Assembly: GCA_038134645.1 (NCBI GenBank)
Contig: JAYPVO010000001.1
Coordinates: 1-57,896 of the forward strand
Length of the DNA: 57,896 bases
Direction: 5' to 3'
From: Paracoccaceae bacterium
GTDB taxonomy: Bacteria; Pseudomonadota; Alphaproteobacteria; Rhodobacterales; Rhodobacteraceae
The notes under the pieces were generated by a model that saw only the letters and a program-made list of their open reading frames with translations, was not told the DNA's origin and made no database searches. Shown here one piece after another: positions 9,289-18,635 of the stretch. How positions within the stretch are numbered: the stretch's first letter is position 1; every line of letters starts with the position of its first letter. The translations under genes and the position numbers were made by a program.

Positions 9289-9728
9289 TGTCCGTTCGCA
9301 TTCAAACCGAAAGCTTTGACGCGGGCGCGGAACTGAACGCGTTCACTGATACCGTCGCAGGTGCTGGTGCCGTTGTGAGTTTCACCGGCGTGGTTCGCGA
9401 TGTGGACGGTGGTCTCGTTTCGATGGAGATCGAGCATTATCCAGGCATGACCGAAAAGGCGATTGCCGCGATTGTGTCAGAGGCTCAGTCGCGCTGGGAT
9501 TTGGCAGGGGCCTTGGTGATCCATCGTCATGGTCGTCTGTCTGCTGGCGATCAGATTATGATGGTCGCTACCGCATCGCGGCATCGTGTAGACGCCTTCC
9601 AAGCCGCTGAATTTCTTATGGACTACCTGAAATCGCGTGCGCCGTTCTGGAAGAAAGAGATGACCCAATCTGGCGACGGTTGGGTTGAGGCGCGCGACGA
9701 AGACGAAGCAGCGCTCGATCGCTGGTAA
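9288..9728 (+). CDS. moaE: Molybdopterin synthase catalytic subunit
   Basis: EHYPGM, HRHG, HR..AF, LKSRAPFWKKE. Confidence 0.95.
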   Translation: MSVRIQTESFDAGAELNAFTDTVAGAGAVVSFTGVVRDVDGGLVSMEIEHYPGMTEKAIAAIVSEAQSRWDLAGALVIHRHGRLSAGDQIMMVATASRHRVDAFQAAEFLMDYLKSRAPFWKKEMTQSGDGWVEARDEDEAALDRW

Positions 9729-9810
9729 GAAGTGCTTCAAATTCTATTTAAATCGAATTCCTTTACCGCGTTTTAGGTATCGGTCGGCCAATCTCTATCC
9801 GCTGAATAGG

Positions 9811-10596
9811 ATGGAATACATGGCTGCCGCAGAACCGCAAAACCCGCTCGACTATGCTGTCTATGCGCGGGATAGAGACGTGATGAATATGGTGCGCAAA
9901 TCGCTTGCGGCAGGGCAAGCGCAATTGGCCTTTCAGCCTGTTATTGCTGCCGCCGATTCCACCACTGTTGCATTTTACGAAGGCTTGATCCGGCTACGGG
10001 ATAGTACGGGCCGCATTATCCCCGCAGGCCAATTCATGGGCGAGGTCGAAGAAACCGTTCTAGGGCGTGAAATTGACTGTGCATCGTTGCGGTTGGGCCT
10101 CGAAGTGCTGCGCAACAATCCATCAATGCGCTTGGCTGTGAACATGTCGGCGCGGTCTCTGGCAGATGGGAAATGGCGCCGAACGTTGACGGCGGGCCTC
10201 AATCGGGGGCGCGATATAGGGTCGCGGCTGATCTTAGAAATCAGCGAAACTTCTGCGATGCAGCTTCATGAAGTGTTGATCCGTTTTATGGAGGATATGC
10301 AGCCGCACGGTGTGAATTTCTCACTGGATGATTTTGGTGCTGGTCTGATTGCGTTTCAACGGCTCAAAGACTTCTACTTCGACATGGTCAAAATTGACCG
10401 CTGCTTCATCCATAACATACAGGAATCGCCAGATAATCAGGTTATGGCTGAAGCGTTGATCAACGTGGCACATCAGTTTGAAATGTTTGCTGTTGCTGAA
10501 GGCGTCGAAACGGCGGCAGAGGCGTCGTTACTCTGTGAAATGGGAATCGATTGTTTGCAGGGTTATCATTTTGGTGCGCCGCGCCTCTCAATCTAA
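9811..10596 (+). CDS. Stand-alone EAL-domain protein (putative c-di-GMP phosphodiesterase)
   Basis: FQP, EGLIR (EAL variant), VNMS, LEISE, LDDFGAG, VKID, AEGVE, LQG; start 9811 or 9820. Confidence 0.88.
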   Translation: MEYMAAAEPQNPLDYAVYARDRDVMNMVRKSLAAGQAQLAFQPVIAAADSTTVAFYEGLIRLRDSTGRIIPAGQFMGEVEETVLGREIDCASLRLGLEVLRNNPSMRLAVNMSARSLADGKWRRTLTAGLNRGRDIGSRLILEISETSAMQLHEVLIRFMEDMQPHGVNFSLDDFGAGLIAFQRLKDFYFDMVKIDRCFIHNIQESPDNQVMAEALINVAHQFEMFAVAEGVETAAEASLLCEMGIDCLQGYHFGAPRLSI

Positions 10597-10611
10597 AGTC
10601 CATCTATGATA

Positions 10612-10624
10612 GCTGCGGTGCAGC
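10612..10624. promoter_or_regulatory. Putative PhaR/AniA binding site upstream of phaA
   Basis: GCTGCGGTGCAGC = CTGC-N3-GCAG palindrome in the phaA promoter region. Confidence 0.6.
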
Positions 10625-10720
10625 GAAATAATGTTGCGTGAAGTGGCTAAAATTTGTAAATAGATGCCGATGGCGATGAGCTGATTGCCGTTTTCTAGAG
10701 CCTTAGAGGAGAGGATTCTC

Positions 10721-11896
10721 ATGACCAATATCGTAATCGCGTCTGCCGCACGCACTGCCGTTGGCAGCTTTGGCGGTTCCTTTGCCAATGTTCCTGCGCA
10801 TGAACTGGGTGCTGCTGTGCTCGAAGCGGTTGTCGCGCGCGCTGGAATTGAAAAAGGCGAAGTGGATGAGACCATCCTTGGTCAGGTTCTTACCGCTGGT
10901 CAGGGTCAAAACCCTGCACGTCAGGCACACATCGCTGCTGGCCTCCCGATTGAATCCGCTGCTTGGGGCCTTAACCAAGTTTGTGGTTCGGGTCTTCGCG
11001 CGGTTGCTCTTGCAGCACAGCACATCATGCTGGGCGATGCGTCGATCGTTGCTGCTGGTGGTCAAGAAAACATGTCCCTCTCGACTCATTGCGCGCACAT
11101 GCGCAACGGCACCAAAATGGGCGACATGAAACTGATCGACACCATGATCAAAGACGGCCTGTGGGACGCATTCAACGGCTACCACATGGGTCAGACCGCT
11201 GAAAACGTTGCGAACCAGTGGGGCATCACCCGCGAAATGCAGGACGAATTCGCGCTTGCATCGCAGAACAAAGCCGAAGCCGCGCAGAAGGCTGGTAAAT
11301 TCGACGACGAAGTCATCGCATTCACCGTCAAAGGCCGTAAGGGCGACACCATTGTCGACAAAGACGAATACATCCGCCACGGCGCGACCCTCGAAAGCAT
11401 GCAGAAACTGCGCCCAGCCTTCACCAAAGACGGCTCGGTCACCGCTGGTAACGCATCTGGCCTGAACGACGGTGCAGCAGCTGTTCTGCTGATGACCGAA
11501 GAAGAAGCCGTTCGCCGTGGTCTGACACCGCTGGCTCGCATTGCGTCCTACGCGACTGCTGGCCTCGACCCGTCGATCATGGGCTGTGGCCCGATCCCGT
11601 CGTCGAAGAAAGCACTGGCCAAAGCTGGCTGGTCGGTTGGCGATCTCGACCTCGTTGAAGCAAACGAAGCTTTTGCTGCTCAGGCATGCGCTGTGAACAA
11701 AGACATGGGCTGGGATCCAGCAATCGTGAACGTCAACGGTGGCGCAATCGCAATCGGTCACCCGATTGGTGCATCGGGCTGCCGTGTTCTGAACACTCTG
11801 TTGTTCGAACTGCAGCGTCGTGATGCGAAAAAAGGTCTCGCTACACTGTGCATCGGCGGCGGTATGGGCGTCGCAATGTGTGTTGAGCGCCTGTAA
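10721..11896 (+). CDS. phaA: Acetyl-CoA acetyltransferase (beta-ketothiolase)
   Basis: [25 protein letters not shown] motifs; GAGGA RBS; precedes phaB. Confidence 0.95.
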   Translation: MTNIVIASAARTAVGSFGGSFANVPAHELGAAVLEAVVARAGIEKGEVDETILGQVLTAGQGQNPARQAHIAAGLPIESAAWGLNQVCGSGLRAVALAAQHIMLGDASIVAAGGQENMSLSTHCAHMRNGTKMGDMKLIDTMIKDGLWDAFNGYHMGQTAENVANQWGITREMQDEFALASQNKAEAAQKAGKFDDEVIAFTVKGRKGDTIVDKDEYIRHGATLESMQKLRPAFTKDGSVTAGNASGLNDGAAAVLLMTEEEAVRRGLTPLARIASYATAGLDPSIMGCGPIPSSKKALAKAGWSVGDLDLVEANEAFAAQACAVNKDMGWDPAIVNVNGGAIAIGHPIGASGCRVLNTLLFELQRRDAKKGLATLCIGGGMGVAMCVERL

Positions 11897-11918
11897 CATT
11901 CGTAGGTTACTTAAGGTT

Positions 11919-11950
11919 AAGAGGGGCTCGACTTTCGGGCCCCTTTTTGT
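11919..11950 (+). terminator. Intrinsic terminator between phaA and phaB
   Basis: AGGGGCTCGA-CTT-TCGGGCCCCT hairpin followed by TTTTGTTT. Confidence 0.75.
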
Positions 11951-12039
11951 TTATGCGGCATTGCGGCGTAATATTGTTGCGTGTGCATAATGTTTGAGAT
12001 AACAAGATTGCGAAGAGAATTCCGAAGGAGGAGAATCAA

Positions 12040-12762
12040 ATGTCCCGCGTAGCACTCGTAACTGGTGGTTCCCGTGGTATTGGCGCCGCTATTTCGAAAA
12101 CCCTAAAGGATGCTGGCTACACTGTAGCAGCCACCTATGCGGGCAATGATGAGAAAGCCGCAGCTTTCACCGCAGAGACTGGCATCAAAACCTACAAATG
12201 GAACGTAGGTGACTATGATGACTCCGCCGCTGGTATCGCCAAGGTCGAAGCTGACCTTGGCCCGATCGATATTGTGGTCGCAAACGCTGGTATCACCCGC
12301 GATGCACCGTTCCACAAAATGACCCGTGAGCAGTGGCAAGAAGTGATCGACACCAACCTCACTGGTGTTTTCAACACAGTTCACCCGATTTGGCCGGGTA
12401 TGCGTGAACGCAAGTTTGGCCGTATCGTTGTGATCTCGTCGATCAACGGTCAGAAAGGTCAGTTCGGTCAGGTGAACTATGCTGCGACCAAAGCTGGTGA
12501 CCTTGGCATCGTCAAATCGCTGGCTCAAGAAGGCGCGCGTTTTGGCATCACCGCAAACGCAATCTGCCCAGGCTATATCGCGACCGAAATGGTTATGGCT
12601 GTTCCGGAAAAAGTGCGCGAAGCAATCATCGGCCAGATCCCTGCGGGTCGCTTGGGTGAGCCAGAAGAAATCGCGCGCTGCGTGAAATTCCTCGTCGAAG
12701 ATGACGCAGGATTTGTAAATGGCTCGACCATTTCTGCAAACGGCGCACAGTTCTTCGTCTAA
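12040..12762 (+). CDS. phaB: Acetoacetyl-CoA reductase
   Basis: TGGSRGIG, NAGITRD, SSINGQKGQFGQVNYAATK; GGAGG RBS. Confidence 0.95.
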   Translation: MSRVALVTGGSRGIGAAISKTLKDAGYTVAATYAGNDEKAAAFTAETGIKTYKWNVGDYDDSAAGIAKVEADLGPIDIVVANAGITRDAPFHKMTREQWQEVIDTNLTGVFNTVHPIWPGMRERKFGRIVVISSINGQKGQFGQVNYAATKAGDLGIVKSLAQEGARFGITANAICPGYIATEMVMAVPEKVREAIIGQIPAGRLGEPEEIARCVKFLVEDDAGFVNGSTISANGAQFFV

Positions 12763-12794
12763 TCACTTGCGTGTCTGATTTTATCAGTCAATTT

Positions 12795-12819
12795 GGGCCG
12801 GTCATAATGATCGGCCCTT
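12795..12819 (+). terminator. Hairpin after phaB (possible terminator)
   Basis: GGGCCGGTCA-TAA-TGATCGGCCC with weak U tail. Confidence 0.45.
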
Positions 12820-12822
12820 CGC

Positions 12823-13686
12823 ATGTCTAAAACCTCTTACACTGCCATCGGATTTATCGCGGTCCTGCTTTGGGCGCTCCTTGCGCTCTTCACAGTGGGC
12901 TCCGCGCCTGTTCCGCCCTTTTTGCTGAACGCACTGTGCTTTGCCATCGGTGGGGGAATCGGTGTCATTTGGCTGTTGGCGACTGGGAGTCTGCCTCAGT
13001 TAAAAAGCGTGCCAATGCGGGTCTATGTGATCGGCACGGTCGGCCTGTTTGGCTATCACTTCTTGTATTTCTCGGCCCTTCGAATGGCCCCCGCCGCAGA
13101 AGCTGGGTTGATCGCTTATCTCTGGCCGCTCCTCATCGTTTTGTTTTCAGGCCTATTGCCCGGTGAACATTTGAAACGAGGTCACATCATCGGAGGATTG
13201 ATCGGTTTCGCAGGGGCTGTGCTGATCGTGGCGCAGGGTGTGACAGGCTTTAACGCCGATGCATTGCCAGGATACGGCCTCGCCTTTCTCTGTGCGCTGA
13301 CGTGGTCGGGGTATTCCGTTGTCTCTCGTAGTTTTGGAGCAGTTCCGACGGCGTCTGTGGTCGTGTTCTGCTTGGCGACGGCGATTCTGTCGGCACTCGC
13401 CCACGTCGCACTCGAGGAAACCGTGTGGCCGGTAAATGTGCTCGGTTGGCTTTCGGTTGTTGGCCTCGGTGTGGGGCCTGTTGGGATTGCGTTTTTTGTT
13501 TGGGATGTAGGCGTGAAAAAAGGCGACATCCAATTGCTTGGTGTCGCCTCCTATGCTGCGCCGGTTCTCTCCACTTTGGCGCTTGTAATCGCGGGGATTG
13601 CAGCCCCGACTTGGACTTTGCTACTCGCCGCGGTCCTGATCACAGGAGGCGCGGCATTGGCCGCACGAGCGAGCCGTAGGCCTTAG
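12823..13686 (+). CDS. DMT/EamA family transporter (YddG-like)
   Basis: About 10 TM helices, YLWPLLIV and SYAAP motifs. Confidence 0.85.
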   Translation: MSKTSYTAIGFIAVLLWALLALFTVGSAPVPPFLLNALCFAIGGGIGVIWLLATGSLPQLKSVPMRVYVIGTVGLFGYHFLYFSALRMAPAAEAGLIAYLWPLLIVLFSGLLPGEHLKRGHIIGGLIGFAGAVLIVAQGVTGFNADALPGYGLAFLCALTWSGYSVVSRSFGAVPTASVVVFCLATAILSALAHVALEETVWPVNVLGWLSVVGLGVGPVGIAFFVWDVGVKKGDIQLLGVASYAAPVLSTLALVIAGIAAPTWTLLLAAVLITGGAALAARASRRP

Positions 13687-13850
13687 TGAGCGGTCAGGCG
13701 CGTAATTTCCTCTTTCACCATCAACTTTTGTTTCTTGAGACGGCTAATCTCGGATGCGTCAATTGCCGGACTGCGCTGTGCACTTTCTACGGCAGCAGAG
13801 AGGTTCTGGTGTTTCTTCCTCAGTTCCTCAATGTGCGAACTTAGGCTCAT
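13683..13850 (-). CDS. YdcH/DUF465 family small protein (55 aa)
   Basis: Manually translated MSLSSHIEELRKKHQNL...ISRLKKQKLMVKEEITRL; GGAG RBS; LKK.KL..K.EI motif. Confidence 0.85.
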   Translation of the reverse strand: MSLSSHIEELRKKHQNLSAAVESAQRSPAIDASEISRLKKQKLMVKEEITRLTAH

Positions 13851-13969
13851 AGTCGTCTCCTCTGTTGTGATGGTTACGACTCGATAGCACCACAGTTTTA
13901 CAAAACTGTCACGCGGCGTTGCGGCAAATTTCTAAATCGGTCGTTTTATGCCGATGCTGCGCAATAAAG

Positions 13970-14722
13970 TTAACAATTTATGCTAAATTTCGCGCCATCA
14001 CGTAAAATGGACGCTGCTTCGGACGTATAACTTTCGCCGTCAATTTCGTGGCTCGCACCTTGGTGCATCACAAATGGTGCAGATAGCTGAAAAGCGGCCC
14101 TGCCATTCTTGCGTGCTTGAAGGATAAATAGGCCTGCATTGCGGCCTTCTCTGGCTGTAATTGGCCTCACACAGATGGATCCCAGACACGCCTGCGCAGC
14201 CGAGATCACTTCGGGCAATCTGTCGATTCGCTGAATGAGTGTCAGGTATCCTTTGGGCGCGAGGCGCTTTGAACCGATCGTTATCCAATCTGTCAGCGGG
14301 GTATCTCCACCCAACGCAGTATCCCGACCGATGTCAGTTGCTGAAGTCGACGCAGTTCGGTCGTAATAGGGCGGGTTCATCAGCACATGATCGAATTGCC
14401 GATTGCGAAGGTCAGCAGGGAGGGTTCGCAGGTCCGAGGTGATCACATTAAAAGGCGCGACATTTTCTGCGGCATTTTTTCTGGCGAGTTCAGCATAGTC
14501 GGGCTGCAGTTCAACGCCTGTAATCGAAAGATCAGGTACCCGCGCAGCAAGGCATAAACTGGCTGTCCCGACACCGCAGCCGAGTTCTAGCACGGTTTGC
14601 CCGGACTGCGCTGGAACAGCCGCGGCAAGGAAAACTGGATCAACACCCGCGCGATAGCCGTTAATGGGCTGCCATACTCGAATCTTACCATTCAGAAAGT
14701 TATCGCAGCTAAGGTCAGTCAC
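13970..14722 (-). CDS. tRNA1(Val) A37 N6-methyltransferase-like (TrmN6/YfiC)
   Basis: Q...GYRAGVDPV.LA, ELGCGVG SAM motif, NPPY. Confidence 0.85.
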   Translation of the reverse strand: MTDLSCDNFLNGKIRVWQPINGYRAGVDPVFLAAAVPAQSGQTVLELGCGVGTASLCLAARVPDLSITGVELQPDYAELARKNAAENVAPFNVITSDLRTLPADLRNRQFDHVLMNPPYYDRTASTSATDIGRDTALGGDTPLTDWITIGSKRLAPKGYLTLIQRIDRLPEVISAAQACLGSICVRPITAREGRNAGLFILQARKNGRAAFQLSAPFVMHQGASHEIDGESYTSEAASILRDGAKFSINC

Positions 14723-14934
14723 AGGCCCAAATCGATTTCGTTGTCGCGCAAAACGGCGGTTGCGATGAAATGATCAGCATCGCGCACCATAATGCGGCGC
14801 GGCAAAATGCCGAGGCTTCCGTCGAGGACGCTCATATTTACGTCAAACTCGAAGCAGTCTATACCCTCACCGTCCAAGAGCACCTTTGCAAAGGCGATCA
14901 CAGTGGGGTCGGTTGTGCGCAAAAGCTCTTTCAT
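14719..14934 (-). CDS. DUF2007 family protein
   Basis: MKELLRTTDP...MSVLDGSLGILPRRIMV; GTGA overlap with methyltransferase gene. Confidence 0.8.
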   Translation of the reverse strand: MKELLRTTDPTVIAFAKVLLDGEGIDCFEFDVNMSVLDGSLGILPRRIMVRDADHFIATAVLRDNEIDLGL

Positions 14935-14989
14935 ACCCAAAGACGTAAGGCGGGAAACCGACTTTGCCAATAGCGCCGTGGAGCCTGCG

Positions 14990-15988
14990 ATGAGCCTCGA
15001 TGTAACTGCAACCAAACCGCATGAACGTCTGGCAGAGGCGCTGGCGCCTGAAATGGAAGCTGTGAACCTGATGATCCGTGATCGGATGTCGTCGGAACAC
15101 GCCCCTCGTATTCCCGAAGTCACGGCCCATTTGATCGAAGCGGGCGGAAAACGTCTGCGCCCAATGCTGACGCTCGCGGCGGCGAAACTCTGTGGCTACG
15201 AGGGTCCGTATCACATCCATCTGGCGACGACGGTCGAGTTTATTCACACAGCGACCTTGCTGCACGATGACGTGGTGGACGAAAGCGATCAGCGTCGCGG
15301 GCGTCCGACGGCGAACCTTTTGTGGGATAACCAGTCGTCCGTGCTGGTCGGAGACTACCTGTTCTCTCGGTCGTTCCAAATCATGGTTGAAACGGGGTCG
15401 ATCCGCGTTTTGGGAATCCTTGCCGATGCATCCGCGACGATTGCTGAGGGCGAAGTTCTCCAGCTCACTGCGGCGCGTGATCTATCCACGACCGAAGACA
15501 CTTATCTGAAAGTGATCCGTGGGAAAACCGCGGCTCTCTTCTCTGCGGCCACTCAGGTCGGCGGGGTGATTGCTGGTGCTGATGAGCGCGTCGAGAAAGC
15601 TCTGTACGATTATGGTGATGCCTTGGGCATTGCGTTCCAAATGGTTGACGATTTGCTCGATTACGGTGGCACAGAGGCGATTGGTAAGAACATTGGCGAT
15701 GACTTCCGCGAACGTAAATTGTCGCTGCCGCTGATCAAAGCAGTCGCGAAATCGGATGCGGAAGAGATGGCGTTCTGGACGCGCACCATCGCGAAGGGCA
15801 AGCAAGTCGAAGGCGACCTAGAGGCTGCACTTGATATCATGCGAAAGCATGGTGCGCTGGATGACACTCGGGATGAAGCATTGCAGTGGGCGGCCAAAGC
15901 AAAGGCATGTCTCGCTGAAGTGCCTGCGCACGACATCCGCGATATGCTGTCCGATATCGCTGACTACGTGGTTGCGCGGATCAGCTAA
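14990..15988 (+). CDS. ispB: Polyprenyl (decaprenyl) diphosphate synthase
   Basis: GGKRLRP, LLHDDVVD..RRG (FARM), FQMVDDLLD (SARM). Confidence 0.9.
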   Translation: MSLDVTATKPHERLAEALAPEMEAVNLMIRDRMSSEHAPRIPEVTAHLIEAGGKRLRPMLTLAAAKLCGYEGPYHIHLATTVEFIHTATLLHDDVVDESDQRRGRPTANLLWDNQSSVLVGDYLFSRSFQIMVETGSIRVLGILADASATIAEGEVLQLTAARDLSTTEDTYLKVIRGKTAALFSAATQVGGVIAGADERVEKALYDYGDALGIAFQMVDDLLDYGGTEAIGKNIGDDFRERKLSLPLIKAVAKSDAEEMAFWTRTIAKGKQVEGDLEAALDIMRKHGALDDTRDEALQWAAKAKACLAEVPAHDIRDMLSDIADYVVARIS

Positions 15989-16841
15989 GAAGCGGGGTGG
16001 GAACTACCCACCAGCTTTGCTCTCGGATCTGGATCATGCGGGCAACCTGACGGGCCGCGCCCATGTCCTTTACCAATGCGACACAGGTCGCACCTGAACC
16101 AGACATACCAGCCCATAAAACAGCACGTTGCTGGCGCATCATCGCCAGTGCTTTATCAATTGCTGGAGCAAAGGCCGCGGCAGGTTTATGAAGATCGTTC
16201 CGTTGATCGTGAAGCCATTGCGAAAACCCATCGAGGCTTACTCCCAAGGGCAGTTCGCCCATCGGTGGGTTCGTTTTGTTGGTTAGTCCGCGAAAGGCCT
16301 CGGGTGTCGGCACTTCGACATTTGGATTTACGAGGACGAGTGCTGCGCGTGGCAGGGCGGTAAAGTCGCTCAACTCTTCACCGATCCCAGCCATCCGACA
16401 GGGTGTCGGGGCGCGTAGGCAAACAGGAACATCGGCACCAAGGGCAAGGACCGCAGGGTCGTCATGCGCTAAGGGTTCGACATCCCACAATTCGGCCAAT
16501 AGCTTTAGCGTCGCCGCCGCGTCAGATGAGCCGCCGCCAATGCCTGCGGCATGCGGGAGGTTCTTTTCGAGATGGAGATGCGCGCCCATCTCAACTCCGC
16601 GCTCGCGCCGTAGCGCTTCGGCAGCTTTCAGAACGAGGTTGCTGTCATCAACGGGCACACCTTCGGCAAAATGCCCTGCCACGGTCAGACGCATATCAAC
16701 CGCACGGGTTGCAGAAATCGTATCACCGACTTCTGCAAAGACGACCAAACTGTCGAGCAAATGATACCCATCTTCCCGCTGCCCAGTGACGTGCAGGGTC
16801 AGGTTAATCTTTGCGGGTGCTGTTGTTTTAATTGTCGCCAC
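15981..16841 (-). CDS. ispE: 4-diphosphocytidyl-2-C-methyl-D-erythritol kinase
   Basis: APAKINL, P.AAGIGGGSSDAA, GADVP, MSGSG. Confidence 0.95.
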   Translation of the reverse strand: MATIKTTAPAKINLTLHVTGQREDGYHLLDSLVVFAEVGDTISATRAVDMRLTVAGHFAEGVPVDDSNLVLKAAEALRRERGVEMGAHLHLEKNLPHAAGIGGGSSDAAATLKLLAELWDVEPLAHDDPAVLALGADVPVCLRAPTPCRMAGIGEELSDFTALPRAALVLVNPNVEVPTPEAFRGLTNKTNPPMGELPLGVSLDGFSQWLHDQRNDLHKPAAAFAPAIDKALAMMRQQRAVLWAGMSGSGATCVALVKDMGAARQVARMIQIREQSWWVVPTPLLS

Positions 16842-18531
16842 GGGCCACCGATAATGGTTCTTTACCTTCTTCGATCATCACCGCATCCAATCCAACTGCG
16901 ATCTTGCGGCGGATACGGGCTGCTTCATCCTCTTCGGGGTCAAAAGACAGCGCGCGTTGCCATTGGAATTGCGCCTCGAGCTTACGACCAACGACCCAAA
17001 GCGCATCGCCTAGGTGATCGTTCACAATGGGATCAGTCGCCTCGAGCTCACTACCGCGTTCGAGCACGGGAACGGCTTCTTCAAAACGGCCGAGTTTGAA
17101 CAATGCCCAGCCGAGACTATCGATAATTGCACCGTTATTCGGTTGGGCAGCGACAGCTTGTTCGATCATGGTCAAGGCTTCATCGAGCTTCTCGCCGCGA
17201 TCGACCAGAGAATAGCCGAGGTAATTCAGGACCGATGGATGACCCGGCCGTAGGTCGAGCGCCGCGCGAAAATCGCTTTCGGCATCGTCCCAACGATCCA
17301 GACGTTCACGCGAAATGCCCCGAGCGAAGTAGATGAACCAAGAACTGGAGGTGTCGTCACCATATAGGTCGAGCGCAGTTGAATAGACGCTTTCAGCCTC
17401 TTTGTAGTCTTCGACGCGACGCAAAGAGTCGCCCAACGTCGCCGCCACATAGCCAGACTGCGGATAGGTGCGGGTCAATTGCTGGAGCACTTCAATTGCA
17501 GCATCGCTACGCCCGTCGGCTTCCAAAGCTGCTGCGCGCCCGATTTCGGCATCAAGGAACGCAGGATCCTCGGGAGAGATCATCGCGAATGTCGCGTTCG
17601 AAAGGTCGTATCGTCCCAAACTATCGTAGAGTTCTGCTGTTGTGAGGATCGCATCCGATCTGGTCGGGGCCAGTTCATGCGCAGCCCACGAATAAGCGAG
17701 CGTATAGGCTTCGGGCGCTTCGTCTTGGATTGCAACAGCGACTGTCAGGAATACTTCGGCGAGGCCATCCTTGGGGTTGGTGATCCCGTCAAAAGGTACC
17801 GTTTCGCCCGAAATCAGGCGCGATTTCAGGTCTTGGATGGTTGAATCGACGCCCATCGGATCAACGCTCGACAACATCGCGATAGCATCATCGGCCCGAC
17901 CTAACTGGCCTAGCACCTGCGCTCTCGCGATAATCGCGCGAGAATTTTGCAGCATGCTGGTGTTCGACGGGTCGCCAAGCAATTCTTCGGCACCTTCGAA
18001 ATCGCCGACATAGGCCAATGCGAGCGCTTTTTGGTAAGCACCAAAGGCAGCAAGTCCGTCGGTGGCGATGATTGCATCAAAGCCTTCAATCGCATCGCGC
18101 ACATTTCCTTGTGCCAATGCGCCCCAGGCTTGAACGGCGCCGTCGATCATATCGCTCACGGCCAAACCAGCTTCGAGGTCCGACTGCACCCTTTTCCAAC
18201 GGTCCGCTTTGATATGGTCGAGCATAACGACCATATTCGCGATTTGGCTTAGGTTGCCATGGGCCGTTAAGGACTGTGCAAACGGCAAGGCAGCCTCGAA
18301 ATCGCCCAGCGCGACATAAGAGGACATGGCGCTGTCAGCCATCCCGATGTTCTCGGGGTCATTGGCCAGAACACGCTGAAAATAATCTGCTGCTTGTTCG
18401 AAGTCGCCCGCAGCAAATGCGCGTTGCGCGGCAAGGTAAGGCCCAGACAGGCCATCTGCTTGCAGAGGAAGTGATGCCAAGCCGATGTTGGCCACGGTGA
18501 GCAGCATCAGACCGAACGTGCGAATTTTCAC
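16828..18531 (-). CDS. Exported tetratricopeptide repeat protein
   Basis: Signal peptide; TPRs with LNYLGYS, DSLGW, DHLGD; conserved position upstream of ispE. Confidence 0.9.
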   Translation of the reverse strand: MKIRTFGLMLLTVANIGLASLPLQADGLSGPYLAAQRAFAAGDFEQAADYFQRVLANDPENIGMADSAMSSYVALGDFEAALPFAQSLTAHGNLSQIANMVVMLDHIKADRWKRVQSDLEAGLAVSDMIDGAVQAWGALAQGNVRDAIEGFDAIIATDGLAAFGAYQKALALAYVGDFEGAEELLGDPSNTSMLQNSRAIIARAQVLGQLGRADDAIAMLSSVDPMGVDSTIQDLKSRLISGETVPFDGITNPKDGLAEVFLTVAVAIQDEAPEAYTLAYSWAAHELAPTRSDAILTTAELYDSLGRYDLSNATFAMISPEDPAFLDAEIGRAAALEADGRSDAAIEVLQQLTRTYPQSGYVAATLGDSLRRVEDYKEAESVYSTALDLYGDDTSSSWFIYFARGISRERLDRWDDAESDFRAALDLRPGHPSVLNYLGYSLVDRGEKLDEALTMIEQAVAAQPNNGAIIDSLGWALFKLGRFEEAVPVLERGSELEATDPIVNDHLGDALWVVGRKLEAQFQWQRALSFDPEEDEAARIRRKIAVGLDAVMIEEGKEPLSVARGDN

Positions 18532-18569
18532 GAAGCAGTGCCCTTATTCATTGGTTTCAATAACATCGT

Positions 18570-18608
18570 AAAGAAATGGCCCGCCGCCTGCAATCAGACG
18601 ACGGGCCA
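18570..18608 (-). terminator. Intrinsic terminator after ETF-QO
   Basis: Minus strand TGGCCCGTCGTCTG-ATTG-CAGGCGGCGGGCCA followed by TTTCTTT. Confidence 0.75.
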
Positions 18609-18635
18609 AATGGGCGTGATCTCGCGGATGTGAGA

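Noticed and set aside
10703-11899. 398-aa antisense ORF mirroring phaA
   Set aside because: Shadow frame caused by strong codon bias in a highly expressed gene; no motifs.
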